The notes below the pieces were generated by a model. It did no database searches. It had not been told where the DNA came from and saw only the letters and a list, made by a program, of their open reading frames with translations. From Bdellovibrionales bacterium (GTDB lineage: Bacteria; Bdellovibrionota; UBA1018; CAIMNF01), in contig JBEIJY010000002.1 of NCBI GenBank assembly GCA_040380025.1, positions 96,001-160,000 on the forward strand: a stretch of 64,000 nucleotides of DNA. The letters are read 5' to 3'. A program made the position numbers and the translations under genes. Below are positions 49,926-57,410 of the stretch, piece after piece (the stretch's first letter is position 1; each line of letters starts with the position of its first letter).

Positions 49926-50726
49926 ATGTCGAAGTTCGACAAGCAAAAGGCTTTTGGCCAGCATTTTTTGAAGGACGCTTCCATCATCAAGACCATCGTG
50001 GATGAGGCCCTTTCGGCCGTGGCCCGGAACCCGGGATCGGCTCTCCTTGAGGTCGGGCCCGGAAGGGGGGCGATCACAAGGCCTTTGCTCGAGCGCCTTC
50101 CGATGGAGGTTCCGTTCCATCTGGCGGAACGGGACCGCGAACTGATCGAGTTCTGGTCGGGTGAGTCCCGGGTCGGTGTTTTCTTGAAGGGCGATTTCGT
50201 GGTCCAGCCGGATGAGGCGCTCGGTGCGCTCGGGCCTCTTGTGGTGGTGTCGAATCTTCCCTATTCGGCCGGCACCGCCATTGTGGTCCGTCTTTGCGGA
50301 CGGAGCGCGCAGATCTCCGAGATGATCCTGATGTTCCAGGCCGAGGTCGCAAAACGGCTTTATGCCAAGGCATCGACCCCTGATCGCGGCAGTCTATCGT
50401 TGTTCATCCAGAATGAGTGGGACGTCGAACGGGTTTGCGTGGTTCCCCCGGGCGCATTCCAGCCGCCGCCGAAGGTCATGTCCGAGGTGGTACGGCTCCG
50501 GCGCCGGGTGACCCCGAGAATCCCGCTTCAAAGCGATTCCGATCGCGATGCCTGGAACGGTTTGCTCCGGCTTGCGTTCGCGCACCGAAGAAAAATGATC
50601 AAAGGAAACTTCGCCGGAACTCCGTGGTTCGAAGCCCTTCAGCGAAGCGGAGTCGATCCCGCCAAACGGGCCGAGGGGCTGGAGTGGGAAGAATGGATCC
50701 GTCTTTGGGCCGCGGCCCGTGGATGA
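49926..50726 (+). CDS. rsmA: 16S rRNA m6,2A dimethyltransferase
   Basis: GQHFL, EVGPG.G, SNLPY, F.PPPKV.S and F..RRK motifs. Confidence 0.93.
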   Translation: MSKFDKQKAFGQHFLKDASIIKTIVDEALSAVARNPGSALLEVGPGRGAITRPLLERLPMEVPFHLAERDRELIEFWSGESRVGVFLKGDFVVQPDEALGALGPLVVVSNLPYSAGTAIVVRLCGRSAQISEMILMFQAEVAKRLYAKASTPDRGSLSLFIQNEWDVERVCVVPPGAFQPPPKVMSEVVRLRRRVTPRIPLQSDSDRDAWNGLLRLAFAHRRKMIKGNFAGTPWFEALQRSGVDPAKRAEGLEWEEWIRLWAAARG

Positions 50727-50735
50727 GATCCGGGG

Positions 50736-51395
50736 ATGAGGAGAGAAATCATGCAAACCCAGTCCAAATGGAAAGCCATGTTGAAGATCATCCGTGATCA
50801 CTTTCTTTCGGGTCTGATCGTGCTCGGTCCGATCCTGATCGTGTCGTTCGTGTTCCAGTGGATTTTCGGCGGAGTCATGGCCTGGATGGAGGAGGTTCCG
50901 TTCCGGTTCTTCTTCTCGGATCCGGCAAGCCAGATCGCGGGTGCGTTCCGGTTTGTCCTTGCGGCCGGCGTTCTTCTCGCCGCTGTGATCGCCGTCTCGA
51001 TGATCGGTTTTTTTTCGAGGCTCTACTTCGGCAAGAAGGTCCTGGAGTGGGTCACTGAGTGGATCGAGAAAATTCCGTTCTTCGGCTCGATTTACTCCTC
51101 GCTGAATCAGCTATTCTCGGCGGTCTCGCCCGGGGACGGAAAAAACAAGTTCAATCGCGTGGTGTTCGTGGAGTATCCGCGGAAGGGCGTGTGGGCGGTG
51201 GCGTTTGTGACGGGGCATGCGACCCTGAAGGGCATCCCGCCCGGATTTTTGAGCATCTTCATTCCGACGGTTCCGAACCCGACGTCCGGGTTTCATCTCA
51301 TGGTGAGCGAAACCGAGGTGGTCGAGAGCGGCCTCAGTGTCGAGGACGCGTTCAAGCTGATTCTGAGTCTTGGAGTGGCGGTGCCTCATGAGTGA
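50736..51395 (+). CDS. DUF502 family membrane protein
   Basis: IP....IY, VEYPR.G..AF and PT.PNPTSG motifs. Confidence 0.85.
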   Translation: MRREIMQTQSKWKAMLKIIRDHFLSGLIVLGPILIVSFVFQWIFGGVMAWMEEVPFRFFFSDPASQIAGAFRFVLAAGVLLAAVIAVSMIGFFSRLYFGKKVLEWVTEWIEKIPFFGSIYSSLNQLFSAVSPGDGKNKFNRVVFVEYPRKGVWAVAFVTGHATLKGIPPGFLSIFIPTVPNPTSGFHLMVSETEVVESGLSVEDAFKLILSLGVAVPHE

Positions 51396-51894
51396 AAAGG
51401 GCGGAGGCGGAGAAAAACTGATCGCGACGAATCCGAACGCGCGCTCGGATTATTTTCTCGAGGAGTTTGTCGAGGCGGGCATCGTCCTTCAGGGCACCGA
51501 GGTGAAGAGCATCCGGACCCAAAGCCCGAACCTTCGGGATTCGTACGTCGAGATCTCGTCCAAAAAACGGGGGGATCGTGTCGCCCCGAAGCTTGAGGCC
51601 TGGCTGTTGAATTTTCATGTGGCGCCGTATTCCCATGGGAATATCTGGAATCACGAGGCGAAACGTCCGAGAAAGCTCCTCTTGCATACCCATCAGATCC
51701 GGAAGATGTTCGGCGCGCTCACGCAAGAGGGCAAGACGCTGATCCCGACCCGGCTGTATTTTTCGAAGGGCAGGGTGAAGGTCGAGATCGCGATTGCCAA
51801 GGGCAAGAAGAAGGGCGATAAGCGCGAGGACGTGAAGAAACGGTCCCAGGACCGTGAAATGCAGCAAGCGATGAAGAAGCGCCAGCGCCGCTGA
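51388..51894 (+). CDS. smpB: SsrA-binding protein
   Basis: EAGIVLQGTEVKSIR, RKLLLH and AKGKK..DKRE motifs. Confidence 0.95.
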   Translation: MSEKGGGGEKLIATNPNARSDYFLEEFVEAGIVLQGTEVKSIRTQSPNLRDSYVEISSKKRGDRVAPKLEAWLLNFHVAPYSHGNIWNHEAKRPRKLLLHTHQIRKMFGALTQEGKTLIPTRLYFSKGRVKVEIAIAKGKKKGDKREDVKKRSQDREMQQAMKKRQRR

Positions 51895-51931
51895 GCGAAA
51901 GCGCAATCCAATGGCGCAATTCGGATGTTGC

Positions 51932-54900
51932 TTACTGCTTCTTCTTCGGCGTTCTGACCAACCGGAATCCCACCGTGCTCTTCGCCTCATCCGGCCGCAA
52001 TCCGATGTGCGAGGAGGAGTTCACCTCGGTGCCGATATTCTTGTGGCTTCCCCCCCTGCAGATGCGGGTGAAAACCGAGAACAGCGCCGAGGGATTCAGA
52101 ATCAACCCCAAAGAGAGCCCGGAAGGCCGGTCCTCGACCCACTCCCAGACATTCCCGTAGAGGTCATGGATTCCCAGGGCATTCGGCTGGAGCCGTGCCA
52201 CGGGGCGGGTTCTTTGTTGCGAGTTCTCCAAAAACCAGGCCCGATTCCTCAAGTCTCCGTGCCTTCCGTGGTTCGGCGGGCCTCCGGCGCGGGCGGCATA
52301 CTCCCATTCCGCATCGGTCGGGAGCCGGTAATTCCACACGGGATCATTCGCGTTCAGCTCTTTCAAAAACGATTGAATCTCATTCCAGGAGTAGCTCTCG
52401 ACCGGAAGATCGGGATTCAAGGCGACTCTCCTTCCGTCCGCCATGACCTCGATCCCGCCACCCGAAAAAAACGAACGATTCGTTCCGGTCAGGAGCGTGA
52501 TCTGGAGCTGGGTGAACGGAGTGACCTGCATCTCAAAGGGCTCGGTCAGAACGACCTTGCGGGATTTTTCCTCGCTTCCGAGAAGAAACGGAATCCCCCG
52601 GCGGGCCTGGGTCCCGGTGATCACCGGTTGGAAGCGAAAGCTCTCGAGCAGTCCGTGTCCGAAGAGGATCGAAGACAGTCCCCGTTTCTTCGCAAGATCC
52701 AGAAAAACGGGAATTCCCGTTTTCTTCGAGATCACCCCGGCGACCGCTTCCCGTTCGGATCCGGGGATCGCGTCCCAAAAGGAGTTCCAGGCCCGCTCGC
52801 CCGAACCCATCCTTGAGAGGACCGCCTCGGCTTTCGCGGCGATCTCGAGGTTCCAGTCTTCCACGACGACAGGAACCGGATGCGCGAGCCACATCCGCGC
52901 CGCTTCTTCGAACGAGGCTGCATGCCCCGATTCGACGAGGGGCGAGATTCCGCGAAACGCGCGGACTCCATCGGGGATTCCCGACTCCGGGGCCGGAAGC
53001 CGTTCCAGAACGAGCAATCCCGCACGGATCATCGCGGGATCGCTTCCGGGGGTCAGGACCGCACGAAGAGAGGGCGACACCGCATCGCCTCCGTTTTTCA
53101 CGAGCTGTTTGACCAGTTCCGATTTCACCCAGCTTTCGATGCTCGAGCCCTCCAGAGCGCTCAGGATCGGGGTCAGGCCGGACGGATGCATGAAAACCTG
53201 CGGGTTGCCCAAAGCCCCGATGACCCGGATCACGTTCCGGTCCGATACGTCCTCGGCACCGAGGACCTTTTCGATGAGCGGGGAGAAGTCCGACGAATAG
53301 GCCTCGAGGATCTCGGTTCGGATGCTTTTGTTTTTTCGGACCAGAATCATGAGATCCGGAAGATTCGTCCTCGCCGACATGATCCTGGACCGGTGCCGGG
53401 GAGTATCCAGGAGGTTTTGGATGATCTGGATTTGATCCTCCCGCGAAAAAGAAGGCAGATGCCGAAACAAAGTGCCGATGAAATGACCGTGATCCTCCGA
53501 GCGCTCCATTTCGACGATCAACGCCTGCTTGCGGATCGGAAAGGAAAGGCCCAGATCGGCGATCCACTCGAGGATCGTCCGCTCGAAGTCGGGATCGGCC
53601 TTGAATCCCGCATCCAGGATTCCCCGCATCGTGGCGAGGTAGCGGATCCGGTCCTCGGGGGAGCCGTGTTTCAGTTCAATGGCAGGACCGATCATCCGGT
53701 CCATGTCGATCGCGCCCGTATTCCAGTTCTTTTGAATCGCACCGGGAGAGAGGCCGAAATCTTCGTTCAAATCGAAGGGGAGAACCGGATACACGGTAAG
53801 GCCATTGTCGGCGCGGGAGTATCCGGAGTAGGCCCAGAACGCGTGCTTGTGGGGGGAGAACCGGGTCATCTTCCGTCCCGGATCCGTCTTGATCCTCGAT
53901 TGGAGGAAAATCCGCGTGAAGCTCGAGTTCGAGATTCCGTTGTGGTCTCCCATGTCCCGGGGCATGGCAAGAACATAGCCTTGTTCCTCGAGTGACCCCC
54001 GGACTCCCTCCAGCATCAGCGGAAGCTCCGCGTGATCGATGTTCTGGACTTTGTCCAGAAAAGCCACGCGGGCCCTCGGGCCTGCCTCTGGTCTCGCCTC
54101 GCCGAGAACCACGGTGATTTGTCCGTCCGAGTGACCTGTCGCATCGGTGAGAGTGAAATAGATATAATTCGGATCCAGAGCCCGCAAAAAGTACGTTCTG
54201 GACGAGCAGTCCGCGCCCCCGATGCAGGACCGGAAGGGCGCTTCGATCAGCGACAGGGTACGCAGTGTTCTTTTTTTCCAGTCCGTCAGAACCTCGATCG
54301 GATTCTCCTTGATCGAGGCTTGGAGGGTCTCGAGGCCTGACAGGAGCGTTCGCTCATCGTCGATTCCGGAGGGAGCCTGGACCCCGTAACGGATCAGCAT
54401 GTGCTGGAATCCGCAGTTCGGGTCCCCCTCATCCAAAAGGAACGATTCTCGTGCCTCCAGGAAGGAGTAAAACCCGTTGATCTGCTCGAGCCCGTCATTG
54501 GACTTCAGGCGGGCGAGGATTGCGGGATCATGCAGGCCGACGGTGTGGATCACATCGATGATCGCCTGATGGATCGGGTGGGTTTTTTTGTTCTCACCCG
54601 CAAGGCGCGATCGTTCATTCATGAGAATCCGGTAAAGTCGTGCCGCTCGAGTTTTTCCCGGGAACTCCGGGTTCTTCAGATACCTTCGGGTTTCTTCCGG
54701 AATCCGCTGGGCGAACCAACCCGGAAAATCCTTCGCCTCGCCCTCGTACTGAAACACCTTCTTCCAGTACCCGATGTTGGAGTCGATGCTGTAGAGGTTC
54801 GAGAGGGCCTGATTCGCGCCCTCGAGCTTGGGTTTCAGGAATTTCTTGAGCTCATCCGTGACCGGGTAGGACTTTTGCCGGATCCGCAACTCGTAGTTCC

Positions 54901-55231
54901 GGAATCCGGGCTTTTTGATCCACGGGAATTTTTTGAGCGTTTCTGCGATTTCGTTCAGGGAACCGGAGCCGATGTTGGTGGTCGGATCCCCGAAGAGCAT
55001 TTTTCGGTACATCTCGAAGGCAAGGCGGTGACTTTGGATGTTCAGATCGGGTTCGAGTCCCCGGGTGAAGGCCAGGAGCAGATCGTCCAGGGTTCGGATC
55101 TCGCCGGACGAGCGGGAGAGAAGCTCGTTGCAAGAATGGTCCTGAGCCCGCGCGGAGAGGGAGGGGGGAATCAGGGATGAAAAAACAAGGAACGCGAAGG
55201 CGCAAAAGCGAGAAATCCGGTTGTAATGCAC
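51932..55231 (-). CDS. Large secreted protein (1099 aa) with C-terminal FGE-sulfatase (SUMF1/CLec-fold) domain
   Basis: Signal peptide; RLPTDAEWEYAAR, PN.LG.HDL.GNVWEW and RGGS...GFRLVR at the C-terminus. Confidence 0.8.
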   Translation of the reverse strand: MHYNRISRFCAFAFLVFSSLIPPSLSARAQDHSCNELLSRSSGEIRTLDDLLLAFTRGLEPDLNIQSHRLAFEMYRKMLFGDPTTNIGSGSLNEIAETLKKFPWIKKPGFRNYELRIRQKSYPVTDELKKFLKPKLEGANQALSNLYSIDSNIGYWKKVFQYEGEAKDFPGWFAQRIPEETRRYLKNPEFPGKTRAARLYRILMNERSRLAGENKKTHPIHQAIIDVIHTVGLHDPAILARLKSNDGLEQINGFYSFLEARESFLLDEGDPNCGFQHMLIRYGVQAPSGIDDERTLLSGLETLQASIKENPIEVLTDWKKRTLRTLSLIEAPFRSCIGGADCSSRTYFLRALDPNYIYFTLTDATGHSDGQITVVLGEARPEAGPRARVAFLDKVQNIDHAELPLMLEGVRGSLEEQGYVLAMPRDMGDHNGISNSSFTRIFLQSRIKTDPGRKMTRFSPHKHAFWAYSGYSRADNGLTVYPVLPFDLNEDFGLSPGAIQKNWNTGAIDMDRMIGPAIELKHGSPEDRIRYLATMRGILDAGFKADPDFERTILEWIADLGLSFPIRKQALIVEMERSEDHGHFIGTLFRHLPSFSREDQIQIIQNLLDTPRHRSRIMSARTNLPDLMILVRKNKSIRTEILEAYSSDFSPLIEKVLGAEDVSDRNVIRVIGALGNPQVFMHPSGLTPILSALEGSSIESWVKSELVKQLVKNGGDAVSPSLRAVLTPGSDPAMIRAGLLVLERLPAPESGIPDGVRAFRGISPLVESGHAASFEEAARMWLAHPVPVVVEDWNLEIAAKAEAVLSRMGSGERAWNSFWDAIPGSEREAVAGVISKKTGIPVFLDLAKKRGLSSILFGHGLLESFRFQPVITGTQARRGIPFLLGSEEKSRKVVLTEPFEMQVTPFTQLQITLLTGTNRSFFSGGGIEVMADGRRVALNPDLPVESYSWNEIQSFLKELNANDPVWNYRLPTDAEWEYAARAGGPPNHGRHGDLRNRAWFLENSQQRTRPVARLQPNALGIHDLYGNVWEWVEDRPSGLSLGLILNPSALFSVFTRICRGGSHKNIGTEVNSSSHIGLRPDEAKSTVGFRLVRTPKKKQ

Positions 55232-55273
55232 CGCGGAACGTTAGACCCAAAAAGACAGGATTGCAAGTCGGCC

Positions 55274-55359
55274 AAAATGGTCCCCTTTGGTTATAAACGG
55301 GAACCTTTGATTGTGCTTGTTCAGAGCAGTAACCCAAGCTCAATCAGAGGGCGCAGTTT
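55274..55359. repeat. Degenerate short member of the palindromic intergenic element family
   Basis: CCTTTGATTGTGCTTG (55304-55319) pairs with CAAGCTCAATCAGAGG (55335-55350) at 14/16; 55335-55359 matches the 13558-13582 terminus at 21/25. Confidence 0.55.
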
Positions 55360-55378
55360 GCCACCAAAAGCGACAATT

Positions 55379-55407
55379 TTGACTTTTCGGGCTCCAGGCG
55401 GTAGAAT
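55379..55407 (+). promoter_or_regulatory. sigma70 promoter of rpoZ
   Basis: TTGACT-N17-TAGAAT, ending 9 nt before the ATG; no SD. Confidence 0.7.
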
Positions 55408-55416
55408 CCTACCCCT

Positions 55417-55638
55417 ATGGCAAGAGTAACGATCGAAGACTGTTTGGATCATGTCGAAAACATGTACGAGTTGATTCACCTGGCAACCCGCCGTTCCCGT
55501 CAGCTGTTCAAGGGCGCGGATGTTCTGGTGAAGTCCAAGAACCGCACGGTCGTGACCGCCCTTCGCGAAATCGCGGCCGGCAAGGTGAAGCCTTTGTATC
55601 GGGGAGCCGACGAGGCTCCTCTGCCCGGCGAACTCTGA
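55417..55638 (+). CDS. rpoZ: RNA polymerase omega subunit
   Basis: MARVTIEDCL..V.N.YEL..LA.RR.RQL and ALREIA motifs. Confidence 0.95.
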   Translation: MARVTIEDCLDHVENMYELIHLATRRSRQLFKGADVLVKSKNRTVVTALREIAAGKVKPLYRGADEAPLPGEL

Positions 55639-55662
55639 TTCGAGTTCAGAAAGTTTGAAACG

Positions 55663-55700
55663 GCCTGCTCGATCCTTCGGATGGAGCAGGCTTTTTTTTT
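55663..55700 (+). terminator. Intrinsic terminator after rpoZ
   Basis: GCCTGCTC..cUUCGg..GAGCAGGC hairpin followed by T9. Confidence 0.85.
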
Positions 55701-55739
55701 GAGGCAAGGACTGGATGCCAGCGTGCGAGGCGATGATCG

Positions 55740-56564
55740 ATGGCCGTATTTGATCCGGACACCTATCAGCAACACCGGATTTTTTATCCGCAGGCGCTCT
55801 TTGAGCCGCTGAAGCCGGTGCTTGGGCCGCGCTCGGATGGAATCATCCGCGTCCTTGATCTCGGCGCGGGAACCGGAAACTCCGCTTGGTCCTTCCGGCA
55901 GTTTTATCCGGGAGAGATCGATTTCACTCTGATCGATCCCGATCCTGCCATGTTGGAGCGGGTTCTTCCGCTTGATTTCGGACCGGGCACACGCGTGCGG
56001 ACCCGGGTTGCCTCATCCCATGAAATCGAAAGCGCTCTGCCAGATGGCCCTCGCGAACAAAGCCCCTTTGACATCGCACTCGCAGGCTCGGCCTGGCACT
56101 GGATGCATTCCTCTGAAACGATCCGGGCTCTGGAAGCGCGTCTTGTTTCCGGAGGAGCGTTTTTTGTGTTTGAGTACCGGTTCCCTCGAGTGGTGGGCGG
56201 TGCGGACGCTTCAGGTCTGAACGAGTGGATCCGGCGCAACTTCAACTTGTACTGGAAGACTCCCGATCAAAAGCCCCGAGGAAGCCTGCGCGAGCTCACA
56301 GAGCCGCTTCGCGAGCATGATTCTTTCTTCGAGCGCGCCTCGGTGGAATGCATCGGGGAGTTCGAAATCGACCCCGAAGCTCTGGGCGGAGTGGTGGTTT
56401 CGCAGTCCCGATACCTCGCCTTCGAGCGTACGCTCCCGGATGAGGCGGCCCGCGAGAGGGCAAGAAGTGAACTCTTACAAGAGATCAAAAACCGCTGGCC
56501 CGAATCGCGTCCCATGCGCGTGGAGTATGACTTTCAGGGGTTTTTGTTCGCGCGGAGGTATTGA
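55740..56564 (+). CDS. Class I SAM-dependent methyltransferase
   Basis: VLDLGAGTG, IDP...ML and FD....SAWHW motifs. Confidence 0.85.
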   Translation: MAVFDPDTYQQHRIFYPQALFEPLKPVLGPRSDGIIRVLDLGAGTGNSAWSFRQFYPGEIDFTLIDPDPAMLERVLPLDFGPGTRVRTRVASSHEIESALPDGPREQSPFDIALAGSAWHWMHSSETIRALEARLVSGGAFFVFEYRFPRVVGGADASGLNEWIRRNFNLYWKTPDQKPRGSLRELTEPLREHDSFFERASVECIGEFEIDPEALGGVVVSQSRYLAFERTLPDEAARERARSELLQEIKNRWPESRPMRVEYDFQGFLFARRY

Positions 56565-56566
56565 CC

Positions 56567-57376
56567 TCACCCCCGCATGAGCTTGGATCGCTTGGTCGCG
56601 GCGAGCACCGCTTTGATCAGGGTCACCCGGAGCTTTCCTTCTTCGAGCGCCATGAGCCCGTCAATCGTGCATCCGGCAGGGGTGGTGACCTCGTCCTTGA
56701 GCGCCGCCGGGTGCTCTCCCCGTTCGAGCACCATCTTTGCGGCACCCATCATGGTCTGTGCGGCAAGCACGGTCGCTTGCTTTCTTGAGATCCCGACCTT
56801 CACTCCCGCCTCGCTCAACGATTCGATCATGAGGTAAATGTAGGCCGGTCCGCATCCGCTGAGCCCCGTGACCCCGTCAAAGAGGCTTTCTTCGAGCCGG
56901 GTCACAATGCCGAGTTCGCCGAAGATTTTCTCGGCGATCGAGAGGTGCTTTTCTTCGCATCGGGGACCGGCGCAAATGGCGGTGACGCCGCTTTGAATCA
57001 GGCAAGGGGTGTTCGGCATGGCGCGAATGATGGAGGCGCGGCCCCCGCTCCACTCCGAGATCTGCTCGGTCGAAATCGCGGCGCAGATCGAGAGAATCAG
57101 CTGCTTTGGAGTGATGTGCTCGGCATTCGCGCGAAGGACTTTTTCGACCTGATGGGGTTTGATCGCAAGAAGCAGAATGTCGGCTTCCTGGAACGCCCGC
57201 GTGTTGTCAGTCGAGCAGGGGATTCCGAGCGAGTTGTGAACTTCTTTTGCGGATTCCTCGGTGCGGGTCGTGCCGAGGATCCGGTAACTTCCCGGATGAG
57301 AGCCTGCCATGAGGCCCCGGGCGATCGCTTCACCCATTTTTCCCATTCCGATGATCGAGAGGGTCTGCTTTGCCAT
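56567..57376 (-). CDS. proC: Pyrroline-5-carboxylate reductase
   Basis: IGMGKMG, AIKP, RAMPNTP, SGCGPAY and VTTPAGCT motifs. Confidence 0.95.
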   Translation of the reverse strand: MAKQTLSIIGMGKMGEAIARGLMAGSHPGSYRILGTTRTEESAKEVHNSLGIPCSTDNTRAFQEADILLLAIKPHQVEKVLRANAEHITPKQLILSICAAISTEQISEWSGGRASIIRAMPNTPCLIQSGVTAICAGPRCEEKHLSIAEKIFGELGIVTRLEESLFDGVTGLSGCGPAYIYLMIESLSEAGVKVGISRKQATVLAAQTMMGAAKMVLERGEHPAALKDEVTTPAGCTIDGLMALEEGKLRVTLIKAVLAATKRSKLMRG

Positions 57377-57410
57377 ACTCTTCCAGTTTGCAGGAAGAGC
57401 CATCGCACCG

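Noticed and set aside
51895..51931. tmRNA (ssrA) or prophage attachment site next to smpB
   Set aside because: The gap is only 37 bp, with no GGGG..CCA tRNA-like ends and no integrase.
51932..52200. Diversity-generating retroelement targeting the FGE-sulfatase domain
   Set aside because: No template repeat, reverse transcriptase or avd gene is visible in the window. A remote DGR cannot be excluded.
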